A DNA stretch of 64,000 nt from Macrostomum lignano (taxonomy: Eukaryota), in contig NIVC01000240.1 of assembly GCA_002269645.1 (NCBI GenBank), positions 310,001 to 374,000 on the forward strand, in the 5' to 3' direction. Below the pieces are notes generated by a model. It did not search any database and was not told the origin of the DNA. It worked only from the letters and a program-made list of their open reading frames with translations. Positions 33,113-44,943 of this stretch are shown here, one piece after another (position 1 is the first letter of the stretch; each line of letters starts with the position of its first letter). The translations under genes were made by a program, and so were the position numbers.

Positions 33113-36100
33113 CCCACCAGTCTGCTGTCTTCCAATTCGTCAGCGGATGGCGAAGCAGCAGGCAAAAGCACTGGAGCCGGCAAAGGAGCAGTCAAAGCTC
33201 CAACATCGCTTTCAACAGTCGCTAAAAGCAGCAAAAAGCCGCCGCCAGTGGTCAATGGTAGTCAGGCTGGCTGTCAGACTGTCAGACAGGCTGCAGACGC
33301 GGACCCGTTTGCCTTCGTGTCCGACTCCGCCGCTCCAGACGATGACGACGTCGTCTTGGTCAAGCGGGTTCTCCGGGCTGTCCCGAAACGCAACGGCAGC
33401 GGCAGTCGCGGCGCTGGCACCTCCCAGACGAAGATGGTGTCAGCCGACTGCGATGGCGCCTACCGTCGGCAGGCCCCGCCGCGGCCGCCTCCGCCGAAGT
33501 TGCCACCCACGTCAACTCAAGTCGGTGTCAGAGCCTTCGACTCCCAATCGGATGAGAAGTTGATTGAAGCTGCGGTTTTACAACCGACTCACCTGCAAGA
33601 TGCTGGCGTTTTGCTGAATCCCAATGGTCGGCTGACTGAATCACAGAATGGAGAGGCTCAGCATGAGGACAAACAGCATGAGGACAAACAGCATGAGGAC
33701 AAACAGCATGAAGACACACAGAATGAGGACAAACGGCATGAGGACAAACAGCATGAGGACAAACAGCATGAGGACAGACAGCATGAGGACAAAGAGCATG
33801 AAGACACACAGAATGAGGACAAACAGCATGAGGACAAACAGCATGAGGACAAACAGCATGAGGACAAACAGCATGAGGACAAACAGCATGAGGACAAACA
33901 GCATGAGGACAAACAGCATGAGGACAAACAGAATGAGGACAAACAGCATGAGGACAAACAGCATGAGGACAAACAGCATGAGGACAAACAGCATGAGGAC
34001 AAACAGCATGAGGACAAACAGCATGAGGACAAACGGCATGAGGACAAACAGTATGAGGACAAACGGCATGAAGACACCCAGAATGAGGACAAACGGCATG
34101 AAGACACCCAGAATGAGGACAAACGGCATGAAGACACCCAGAATGAGGACAAACGGCATGAAGACACCCAGAATGAGGACAAACGGCATGAAGACACCCA
34201 GAATGAGGACAAACGGCATGAGGACAAACAGCATGAGGACAGACAGCATGAGGACAGACAGCATGAGGACAAACAGCATGAGGACAAACGGCATGAAGAC
34301 ACCCAGAATGAGGACAAACGGCATGAGGACAAACAGCATGAGGACAGACAGCATGAGGACAGACAGCATGAGGACAAACAGCATGAGGACAAACGGCATG
34401 AAGACACCCAGAATGAGGACAAACGGCATGAAGACACCCAGAATGAGGACAAACGGCATGAAGACACCCAGAATGAGGACAAACGGCATGAAGACACCCA
34501 GAATGAGGACAAACGGCATGAAGACACCCAGAATGAGGACAAACGGCATGAGGACAGACAGCATGAGGACAAACAGCATGAGGACAAACGGCATGAAGAC
34601 ACCCAGAATGAGGACAAACGGCATGAGGACAAACGGCATGAGGACAAACGGCATGAGGACAAACGGCATGAAGACACCCAGAATGAGGACAAACGGCATG
34701 AAGACACCCAGAATGAGGACAAACGGCATGAAGACACCCAGAATGAGGACAAACGGCATGAGGACAGACAGCATGAGGACAAACAGCATGAGGACAAACG
34801 GCATGAAGACACCCAGAATGAGGACAAACGGCATGAGGACAAACGGCATGAGGACAAACGGCATGAGGACAAACGGCATGAAGACACCCAGAATGAGGAC
34901 AAACGGCATGAAGACACCCAGAATGAGGACAAACGGCATGAAGACACCCAGAATGAGGACAAACGGCATGAAGACACCCAGAATGAGGACAAACGGCATG
35001 AAGAAAAGCTAATGAGTGGCGACCGCCAACACTTAGCCGCTGCAAATGGACAATCAGTAGTGGAAATTCCCCAACTTGAAGGCTCCACCGTACCAAATAA
35101 GCTTCAACTCACGGAGCTGCGCCCAGCGCTGAGCGGCATCGCTGAGTCGCTACTCGGCGTCTCTCGCTGGATCGTCGAGCCGACCCCGCCGGCTACAGAT
35201 GAAGCCGTCGACACGGCATGGACCGGCCAGCTGGGCAGCCTGTGCTCCGACGGCGGCTCGCTCTACTGCTGCACCCGGTCGGGGCGCGCCTTCACAGCCG
35301 GGCTGCCCCGTCGACGCCGCCGCCGTCAACAGAATTTCCGACAAGCGAACGACGAGCACTCGCCGCTGGCCCGCTGGTGCGCCCAGCCACACCTGGACGC
35401 CGGCCAGATTCAGGCAGCTGGTCGGCGCTGGCTGTTCCGCCTGCGCAGCGGCATCGTCACCTGGTCAGGCCCTGGCTGCGGCGGCGCCTGGCGCCAACTG
35501 CCCGGCCTGAGCGCCGGCGCTGTGCGCGTGATCAGCATCCGCTCGTCCAGTCGGGCCCTCTGCGGAGTCGCCCAGCTGATTGGCTCGGCCGAGGAAGCCG
35601 ACAGCGACGCCGGCGAGTTTATCGTCATCCTGGTGTCGCTAGCCGACAATCAGCTGCCGCCGGCGCAGCTCGTCCGCTGTCCGTTCCGGCTCGCCGAGGT
35701 CTGCGAGGGCTTCGGCCGACTGCTGGCCGCCAGCCAGGATGGCGGCGTCTGGGCGGCGCCGCTTGCCGACCCCGGACACTGGCGGCCACTTCGGCTGGGT
35801 GTCCGGGTTCGCAGTCTGGCTGTGGCGGGCGGGCGACTCTGGGCACTTGGCCGGGGCGCCTGCCTGCTGAGCTGGAGCGGCCTTCATCTGACGTCGAACA
35901 GCCCGTCAGAATCGCCGGCTGGATGGTCGGAAACCTGGGTGCCGCGCCTGTTCTCTGCGGACTCCACCGATGGCCGCAGCGGCGGGCCTCCGCGCCTGCT
36001 GGCCGCCTCCCGGGCCGCCGGCCTGTGGCTGCACTGTCCGCAGCGGCGCCTGTTGCTGCGCTGCCCGCCCGGCCCGCTGACCGCCTACACCTGGCGGCCC

Positions 36101-36359
36101 GTGGCTCCGGCCACCGCCTCGTCCGCCTTCTCGGCCTGGCGCCTCCTGGCGGCCGGGCCGGCCGGCCGGATCTGGGCGGTGCCCGCCTACGCCACCGCCG
36201 CGGCGCACTGGCTGGCCAGCATCGGGCCGGGCGAGGCCGACTGGCAGCGCCTGCGGCTGCCCGAGGCTGCTGATGCGTCCGACTTTGTTGTTGGCCTCTG
36301 CTGCGGCGTTGACTCCGTCTGGGTGCTGCGCTCCAGCGGCCTGCTGTACGGCAGGCTGG
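33113..36359 (+). CDS. TECPR2: TECPR2 orthologue, exon 3 (disordered linker with pentapeptide repeat, then tectonin-type propeller repeats)
   Basis: cttcctcag|CCC, phase 0; open frame through the repeat; Trp-rich blades (WRQLPG, GRLWALG, GRIWAV, VWVLRSSGLLYGRLG); donor G|gtgagt at 36359/36360. Confidence 0.75.
33662..34996 (+). repeat. 15-bp coding minisatellite, 89 units (HEDKQ/HEDKR/HEDTQ/NEDKR/HEDRQ)
   Basis: 1335 bp = 89 x 15; in frame with the flanking TECPR2 sequence. Confidence 0.95.
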
Positions 36360-36674
36360 GTGAGTCCAGCTGCAGTCTTCTCTACCCCCCCCCCTGAGGT
36401 TCTCGCCCTTCCGTTCTCCACTGCTATGCTATCGCTAGACCCCTGCCAAGCGCACAAGAGCCTTCGGCCACACCTGGGCAATCAAACTCGGTCTCCGAAT
36501 GTGGAAGCTAAAATTGCCAAGAAAGTTGCATTCAAGCCAAGCCAAACCCCTTTTTTCACAGTCCATGAGTAATAGAACAGGAAAAGTGATTGAACTTATT
36601 TTCAAGTGCATTTTACAATGCCCATTCCAGTTTATGTCTGTATGAACTGTTTTAAACTTTGCGTCATTTTAGTA

Positions 36675-36942
36675 CAGGGGTCGGCGAACTCCGGACCGCG
36701 AAGCCTCTGTATCCGGCCTTCGGGTCCTTTGAAACTTCACCAAAAAAATCTAGCCCGCTTAAAGTTTGTGTCCCTTTTTAGCTCTATTCTCTCAAGTAAT
36801 TTCCTCTCCTCTCCTCTCCTCTCCTCTCTCCTCTCCTCTCCTCTTTTTCTCTGACCATCTCTTCTCTCCCCTCCTCTGGCCCACTGTCATGCACTGGATT
36901 CTCCATCCGGCCCTTGAGGTAACAAAAGTTTGTCGACCCCAA
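36675..36942 (+). mobile_element. hAT-type MITE in TECPR2 intron 3
   Basis: Left TIR CAGGGGTCGGCGAAC; degenerate right end GTTTGTCGACCCC; internal (CTCCT)n; similar to 30070-30678 in the opposite orientation. Confidence 0.72.
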
Positions 36943-36982
36943 TTTTGAGTACTTGTCATGAAACAGTTATCCCAACTAGCAG

Positions 36983-37671
36983 GTTCCTGTGCAAAGCAGA
37001 AACCCCCGCTGCTCCCCAGGCCTGTGCAGCGCCAATCCGCTCGGGAGGGCAGCAGCGGCTGGCGCAGCTACCAGCTGAACCCGGGCCCCTACCAGCAGCG
37101 GCCCAGCTCCAGCCGGCCCGCCTGGCTCAGCATCGCCTGCCGACGTGGCCGACTCTGCCTGGCCGACGCCATCGGCGAGGTCTGGAGCATCGCCGAGCCG
37201 GTCGCGCCGGATTTCCGCCTGCTCGAGGGCGACGATGCCGGTTGGCGACGCCTGCGCGGCCCGCCCGGCCTCCGACTCCGACGCCTGGCCGGCTGCCCAG
37301 CCTCTGACCGGCTGTGGGCCACCGACGCCAGGGGCCAGGCGCACACCTGGCTGCCCGGCGGCTCTGACGTAAGCGCTGGCGCCTGGCGCCCAGTGCCGGT
37401 AGGCGGCGGCGCCGAACCCGCTGCAACAGCTGCACCCCGAACTATCGTCGATCTGGCGATCTCTGGCGACCTCGCCGTCGCCTGCTGCGGCACGAGCGGC
37501 CGCGTGTTCGCCGCCGACGCTTCTTTAACTGACTCTGCTGCCGCTGCCACCGCCTCGACTGCCGGCCTGTGGCGCCCCATCGGCTGTCACGGTCGCCACG
37601 TGGTCTCCGTGAGCATCGGCGTGCAGGGAATTGCGGTGGCCGATGGCAGCGGCCGACTGTACCGGCTTGTG
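36983..37671 (+). CDS. TECPR2: TECPR2 orthologue, exon 4 (tectonin-type repeats)
   Basis: ctagcag|GT, phase 1; LCLADAIGEVW, LWATDARGQAH, WRPIG, IAVADGSGRLYRL; donor GTG|gtgaga at 37671/37672. Confidence 0.72.
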
Positions 37672-38092
37672 GTGAGAGAGAAAGAGAAGCCTACTTTTGC
37701 ACTTGCATGTTTGACGTTCTTTGCGTTGGTTTTTGTCTCCATTGGGGCGTTTCTATTGGAGGTCGTGTCTGAAAGTTATGACAAATGGGGGCGCCTCGAT
37801 TCTGGAAGAATATTTTTGTGCATACACACATAACCGCTCCACTCGCCCGTTGTGTCGTGACTAACTAAGAATTATTATTTCTATTATCTGAGTGTTTTTA
37901 AACGATTTCGTACTTTCCTATATTTCTACTATCAGTAGAGTTAAAGTATCTTATAAAAGTTCATTATTTTTAAATATAATGCATGCAATATTCTGCCATC
38001 TCTACTGCAAGTAAAGTATGATGAGAATGCTTTTTATTGTCAGTTGTTGCATTCGTGTATCTTAAACGGCATTCATGCACAAATCGTTGCAG

Positions 38093-38209
38093 GGCCAGGA
38101 AACTCTGATGCCAGGAGGCTCTGATGATGAAGCCAGCTTGGAATCTGGTAGCAGCATCAGTAGCGACAGCAGCGACTCAGAAAGCGATGGTGACTGGCAG
38201 CTGGTGTGA
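38093..38209 (+). CDS. TECPR2: TECPR2 orthologue, terminal exon (not in the ORF track), ending in an acidic LIR motif
   Basis: gttgcag|GGC, phase 0; GQETLMPGGSDDEASLESGSSISSDSSDSESDGDWQLV*; human TECPR2 ends in an acidic W-E-V-I LIR. Confidence 0.75.
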   Translation, partial: GQETLMPGGSDDEASLESGSSISSDSSDSESDGDWQLV

Positions 38210-38627
38210 AATCCGGCACGGGTGAAGGCCATTGTATTAGCTAAGGGCAATATCATCTTTTTGTTAAAACTTAGGGCTCTTTTTAAAAAAATTGTTTGCA
38301 ATTTTTATGAAATTTTTGTAGCCAAAAGCCTCAAGGGATGCCAAATTTTTTACAGCTTTTTGAAGGCAAACCTGCACTCTTTTACCGATTGGATATTACA
38401 AGTTTAAAGTTTATTTCGGTATCAAGCTGTAGGATTTTTTTATGTACATTGCTTATGTACATCGCTGTACATTGTAGCTTAAACATTAAATTAGCCTTCC
38501 AGTGACATATGTTATGAAGTCAGTAGTCCAAGTTTTGTAATATTATTCCATTAGTTTAGCTATTCTTCTGCTTCAGGTGCTTGTAGAGGAAGCGCAACTA
38601 TCGACTGACGCAATTTTGACTGCAGAC

Positions 38628-39460
38628 GGTGTTTAGGTTAGGGTTTAAGTTAGGGCTTAGGCTAGCGTTTAGGTTAAGGTTTGACTTACGGTTTATGCTA
38701 TGGTTTAGGTTAGGGTTTAACTTACGGTTTATGTTATGGTTTAGGTTAGGGTTTAACTTACGGTTTATGCTATGGTTTAGGTTAGGGTTTAACTTACGGT
38801 TTATGCTATGGTTTAGGTTAGGGTTTAACTTACGGTTTATGCTATGGTTTAGGTTAGGGTTTAACTTACGGTTTATGCTATGGTTTAGGTTAGGGTTTAG
38901 GCTAGGGTTTAAATTAGGGCTTAGGTTAGGGTTTAGGCTAGGGTTTAGGTTTGGGTTTGGGTTAGGGTTTGGGTTAGGGTTTAGGCTAGGGTTTGGGTTA
39001 GGGTTTGGGCTAGGGTTTAGGTTAGGGTTTAGGCTAGGGTTTGGGTTAGGGTTTAGGCTAGGGTTTAGGTTAGGGTTTGGGTTAGGGTTTAGGCTGGGGT
39101 TTAGGTTAGGGTTTAGGTCAAATTCAGGTCGGGTTTAGGTTAGGTCTAAGTTAGAGTTTAGGTTAGGGTTTAGGTCAAATTCAGGTCAGGTTTAGGTTAC
39201 GTTTAGGTTAGAGATTAGGTTGGGGTTTAGGTTAGGGTTTAGGTTAGGGTTTTAGGTTACGGTTTAGGTTATGGTTTAGGTTACGGTTTAGGTTATGGTT
39301 TAGGTTAAGGTTTAGGTTAAGGTTTCGGTCATGTTCAGGTCAGGTTTAGGTTAGGTTTAAGTTAGTGTTTAGGTTAGGATTAGGTTAGGGTTTAGGTCAA
39401 GTTCGGGTCAGGTTTAGGTTTGATTTAAGTTAGAGTTTAGGTTAAGTTTAGGTTAGGTAA
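38628..39460. repeat. Interstitial telomere-like array (TTAGGG/TTTAGG variants) with a 36-bp higher-order unit
   Basis: GGTTAGGGTTTA-type repeats; about 6 copies of TATGGTTTAGGTTAGGGTTTAACTTACGGTTTATGC. Confidence 0.88.
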
Positions 39461-39969
39461 TTGGCAGTCAATTCGCGGCAGTCAAATGACAGTGAATTTA
39501 TCGGTGAGTCAATTGTCGCTGACCCACGCATATGTAGTAAATATATAAACTCTAGTATTATAAACGATCATGGCTAACAGGATGTATTTGCCTCTCAGAT
39601 CAGCATATGTACGTATTTGTTATCCTTCGTCTTATCATTTGTAAATATAACCATCGTTTATATAGAATACTTACTTGTGCTATTCATGCAGTCCACATAC
39701 TTGTAAGCTTAATGATCGGTACTAAGCCAGAAAAGACAGGTGTCCATGGGTAAACATGACATACCTGTACGTCCATCATTCTGTTTGTAGTGCTTATTAT
39801 AGCATCTAGTTTTACTCCACCTCTACACTTTCCATGCCTCATTGTAACTGTACATATCGCGGTCCTTAAAACTTATACGTGTATATGTAATTTACTGTAG
39901 ATAGATATATGCATAACTACAGCATGTATCTGATATATGCGGCGACAGAATGCGACCTCTATGGCGACC

Positions 39970-40735
39970 CCCCTCAGGGAGTACGCTTGCCCTGGTGCTT
40001 GACTGAGTGCTGCAGACCGCTATTCTTTCAACGACGACTGCTTCCTGCTGCAGCGACGCATGCATGGGTTTGATGCCAACCAGATAGGCGGCTCATCAGC
40101 GTGCTTGCTAGCCGACGATCTCGTACCTATCTGCTGTCCTCACGACCGTCGGGGGCGCCCAGCTCCCAGCTGGACCGGCTGGTGAGCGTTGTGGTACGGT
40201 GAGTGTCGGCCTGATGGTCAACACAAACGAAAACCGTCTTGCTCTGTGGGCCAGACGACATCGAGACTGCATACAACTGCCGAGGCGGTGATGGTGACGA
40301 ATTGCTTCCACACTGTCTGCACTTCCTCCTTTTTCTGGAGCCTGACGTTCACGAGGATCTGCGAAGTCGCCGCGTACTTGCCTGAGCTGTCTTCCGTTGT
40401 GCTGCGAGGGCTGTCCTGCCAGTCCGAGGCCCTTTGCAGTTGCCTGACCGCAGAGAGGGCGCCCCGCTGTTTCAGGCAGAGATCGAGATCTTTTATTGTA
40501 CAATGCCGAGACCTGGAACTTGACAGAGTCGTTCGAACAGCAGGTCGATGCGACACACGCTGGCCTGCTGCATGCGCGTCACACTCAAGATCGGCTACCA
40601 GTGTGTCACCAATGCGGCACTCTGCAGATGTATATCGGCGCACCGGCCTGTCGGATCCCGTCTCAGCGAACTGTTGCGCCGTCAGCGACTCCAGCTGGCA
40701 GGCTACATCATCCGAGTCGAGTTTTACTGCCCGCA
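39970..40735 (+). mobile_element. Degenerate non-LTR retrotransposon (RTE-like) reverse transcriptase 3' fragment
   Basis: Frameshifted remnants QG.TLA..LVLD*VL, VLA(Y)ADDLV, LFQAEIE, LLYNAETWNLTE and LRRQRLQLAGYIIR. Confidence 0.75.
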
Positions 40736-41969
40736 AACGAGAAGCCGCAAAAGATTCAAGTGGCATTGGAGTTAGAAATGCAGATGCAGTGTGTATTAAA
40801 ACGCAGGTGGCGAAGTTACCATGAACATTATTTTTAGTTATTCTGGTTAATATTATTATAGAAATATAATTTTCAAACAAAAAGATTTGTTAAATAATTT
40901 TTGTTCTGTGCGATAAAAAATATGTATATAACTTTGTTAAGCTGTAATAATTTTAAACTCTTTTTAATACATTTTACGCTGCATAAACAATTCCGACATT
41001 CTGCTCACTGATCGATGTTATCTGATCAGAACTCGGTTGTATGTAGACCTAGGCCATAGTTATAGCTCATGCTTGACTTAAGGGCCTTAGAATATCATTC
41101 TTTTGTTTGCATAAATGATAGATGTATGTTTATTAAATTGCTTTGTAGTTTTTTGCTAGTGTCTCTTCACGTGTTCACTATAAATATACCATGCGCTTTG
41201 CAGACTACAGCTCACTCATCCTTTAACTATACTTTTATTTCAATTGGAATTCATAGCGCTTTAGCTGCAGAACTGCTGCGTTTATTTATTCAGTGTTAAT
41301 TTCGCAGTTGTTAAGTTTCCAAACCCCTTAATGTTTTTGTATGTTCTATCAAAATGTTTATTTCATTTTAATTCAGTAGTTGAATTAAAGCTGTTGTAGC
41401 AGTTGTTAAGGGGGTGAATTCTAGAGGGTAAAGACCCAAGGGGCAGATTTTGGAGGGTAAAGATGCAAGGGGGATATAGAGGGTGGTTTTGTATTTTGGC
41501 AAAAATTCATTTGGTCCCATTATCTTACCTTTAATTTTTTTGTCTCTGCCTAAACCTTAAGAGTAAGTCAAAAAGGAGGCAACTACCTTACCCCCTGCTC
41601 CTTTTTATACCACTGTTTCAATTAAACTTGTCAATAACTAATTAGTGCTTATATTCAATTTAGGTAGGGAGGCCTATTTATATTATATTAGGCCTATTAA
41701 CATTTAGCTAGAAGACTTTTCTAATTTAAGTACAATTTTTTTTTAAAAATAGGGGCTCATATATTTACTTTTATTTAAGAAGCATTTTATTATAAAAACA
41801 TATACATTTGTTATTCAGCAATATATTAAATTTAAAGTATAAAATAATAGTTTAAAATATGTACCATGATTTTTTCATTGTAATTTTATTTATAAAAATT
41901 AAACATTAAATAAAAAGGTAAAATAAAGCTCAATAGGATTGTCTCTGAGATGCAAGCTTTGCTAATACA

Positions 41970-42363
41970 CCAGGATGGAATCTTTGCATGACAAGTTTGG
42001 AACAAAAAGTTGCGCACAATTTTTTGCGCAAGTTTTTATACCCATAAATGCGCAAGTTTTCAGCCACTTGAATTTTTTAACTACTTTTTTATGATGTTTT
42101 ATTAAAGTTTAAATAAATCCTTAAAAATTAATAAATTTTATTATTTTTCAGTTTGATGTAGTTCCCGGTAGCTTTGTTTTTAAAGTTATAATGACTTTGT
42201 TCTACTGTAACACATGCAATATTCAAACTTTCAATGAAATTATACATGATTTCTAAGAATATTAAGCTGCGCACATGTAAGCTTTTTAAAGTTGCTCAAG
42301 TTCGCAAGTTTTTGTTAGCGCGCACAGAACATGTCTAGGATTTTGTACAAAATTCCATCCTGG
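41970..42363. mobile_element. Non-autonomous DNA transposon with 8-bp TSD (hAT/P-type)
   Basis: 12-bp TIR CCAGGATGGAAT / ATTCCATCCTGG; perfect TSD CTAATACA (41962-41969, 42364-42371); subterminal (T)GCGCA repeats. Confidence 0.85.
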
Positions 42364-42536
42364 CTAATACATTAATTATTTTGCCATTTTTATATATATA
42401 AGTTTGCAATTAATTTGTTTTAATGTCTTTTTTACAATAATTTTATCAATATTAGTCCACTTCAATAATAGCCATTTTAATAATAAATGATGACCAATTT
42501 GGTAATAGCCACTTTCATAAACAAGTAGAAATATAT

Positions 42537-43827
42537 CAGAGGTTGGCAACCTTTAGTCTATAGGCCAGATCTGGCCTGCAAAGACTTTCTATGTGGCCTG
42601 CAAACTTTCTTAATCTTAATTATTATAATCAAGCTTGCACCTTAATTGTAACTTTATTGTTTTCTTTACAAAAGTTTTGTGCACTAAAATGGGGTACTTC
42701 TTTCCTCAATTGCCAACTTTAATAACAAATTAATAATAAGATATGATTTGACTGTATAAGTGGTTATTTTCAAGCTCTAAATAGATAGTATATCAGTTCA
42801 AACTTTTGAATAGATTATAAATATAGGAACTGAGGGCTAAAGAAAGTGGGGTAGTAGAGAAAATATAAATATAGTAATGTAGTAAGGATGCAAGGGCAGA
42901 TTCTAGAGGGTAAATAATTAGGGAAAATGGATTCTGGAAGGTAAAGACCCAAGGGTAGATTTTGGAAAGTAAAGACCTAAGGAGGGGGGGGGCAAATTCT
43001 AGAGAGTAAAGACCCATGGGGTAGATATTGGAAGGTAAAGAACCAAAGGAGGCAGATTCTGGAAAATAAAGACCCAAGAAGAGGGAGGTGATACTGGAAG
43101 GTAAAGACCCAGGGGCATACATGCGCAACCCCTCTGATTTACACTGGCCATGCGACTTACTTTTTGACCAAAAATGCAACTTACCTGTAAAAGAAACCCT
43201 AACGCAATTTTGGGTAAACAGCAGGAGTAACTATGACTGTCTTATGAGGTATAAATGCCTCGTCATCTAATTAGTACTATGTCTGTATTCTTTAGGCTGG
43301 GGATTTTCGCGACTTACCCCTGGTCCACCACAAATTACGGTGGCCAGATCGGCCAGGTTGGCCAGCAGTTGCGCATGTATGCCTAGGGGGCAGATATTGG
43401 AGGGTAAAGAACCAAGGGAGGCAGATTTTGGAAAATAAAGACCCAAGGAGGGGGGTAGATTCTGGAAAGTAAAGACCCAAGGGAAGGATTCCTGGAAGGT
43501 AAAAACCTAGGGAGGGGGCAGATATTAAAGGGTAAAGATCTAAAGGGGCAGATACTGGAAAGTAAAGATCCAAGGGAAGGATTCTGGAAGGTAAAGACCC
43601 AGGAAGGTAGATACTAGAGGGTAAAGACCCAGGGAGCACATTCTGGAAGATAAACACCCAGGTTGGGAGGTAGATTCTAGAGGGTAAAAGACCCAGGGGG
43701 GGGGGCAGATTCTAGAGGGTAAAGAAAGACCCAGGGGGAAAGGAAAGTAATTGGGGGTAACCAGTGGCCTGTGGTCTTGAACTAAAAACCTGATATGGCC
43801 CTCAAATGGAAAAGTTGCCAACTCCTA
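42537..43827. mobile_element. Non-autonomous hAT element with an internal minisatellite (AGGGTAAAGACCCAAGGGGGCAGATT-like)
   Basis: TIR CAGAGGTTGGCAAC / GTTGCCAACTCCTA; TSD AAATATAT / AAATATGT (7/8). Confidence 0.8.
43116..43381. mobile_element. CATACATGCGCAAC-family MITE nested in the 42537-43827 element
   Basis: Perfect 14-bp TIR; TSD CCCAGGGG / CCTAGGGG (7/8). Confidence 0.87.
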
Positions 43828-44943
43828 AAATATGTAAAATATGTAATAGAAAATAATTGCACTATAGATTATATTAATATATTCATTGATATGTACAAAA
43901 AGATTTTGTAAACTAACTTCAAGATTTGGATTGATATAAAAAAGAAAACTATATATGCCAACCCATATTTTAAGCTATACATATAGTTTTTTATTTCTGA
44001 TGTGCCAGGCCAGATGAATATACAAGCTAAGACATCTTGTCAACCAAATATTGTGTAGATTAGAATCTCTGAGTTAGTGACTTGACTTTATAGAATCTAC
44101 TTTTTACTTCATTGACATTAATTATATTTACTTACTTCAATTTTTTTTATATGTAATGTAATTAGCCAAATTTTAATTTTTTACACAGTAAGTGCACAAA
44201 TAAAAAATGTTTTTACAGTTTCACTAGAAAATTAAACCATAATTGGCAATAAAAAGTTAGTGTTAATTATTAAACTAATAGTTGCAAATGTTAATTACCA
44301 TAAAGATACAGTGTTGGTAGTTGTAAATCTGCTTTGTTACCAAAGTGGCTATTAACAGTGGTTGGTCATTTAAATTTGTTATAATTTTTGACAAAATGAA
44401 CTTATAATCTTAAATGAAGGTCCATATCTTGAGATTAAAAAATTAAATTTTTGTTTCCACTATTTCAAAAGTAACCAAGCTTAAAGTTTTTGTCAAGTTT
44501 TAATAAAAATTTGTTCCCCTATCTATTTTTAGCAATTTCATTGTATATTCTATGAAGTTAATATTCAGCTAGATATATTATACTATTATAGCAACTTGAA
44601 TATGTTAATTACTTCTAAAAACGCATAGAATTTTTTTTATATTCCACAGTCTCAATTAGAAGAAATTTTCAACCAAATCTATTAGAAATTGCTACTTTCT
44701 AATCTTGAAGTATATGCTTTCATGTAAATTAACATAGGAAACTGCAGCATTGCTTAATGGTCAACTTTTCTTTGAACTTTTCTTTCTTTTCTTTGCTATA
44801 CTATTCTCAAAACTTGAGAAATTTCTCAATGAGCAACTTTCTAAGTCGTGCATAAATGAAAATATAACGAAGTGCTGTAACTGTCATTCTATTTCATTTG
44901 TCTATAATATATCATTCTGTTTCTTTTTTCAATCTTCAGCAAG

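Noticed and set aside
33528-35096. Alternative-frame and antisense ORFs over the 15-bp repeat (HAVCP, MRTNS, LSSC, FVLM)
   Set aside because: By-products of a 15-bp period; only the HEDKQ frame is continuous with the TECPR2 sequence.
37672-37833. Hydrophobic tail of ORF 36958..37833 as a TECPR2 transmembrane anchor
   Set aside because: It lies after a gtgaga donor; splicing to 38093 gives the expected LIR ending, so this stretch is probably intronic read-through.
38629-39138. FRLG-repeat ORF
   Set aside because: Translation of the telomere-like array.
40218-40880. 220-aa - strand ORF and overlapping + strand ORFs as host genes
   Set aside because: The region is better explained by frameshifted LINE RT motifs on the + strand.
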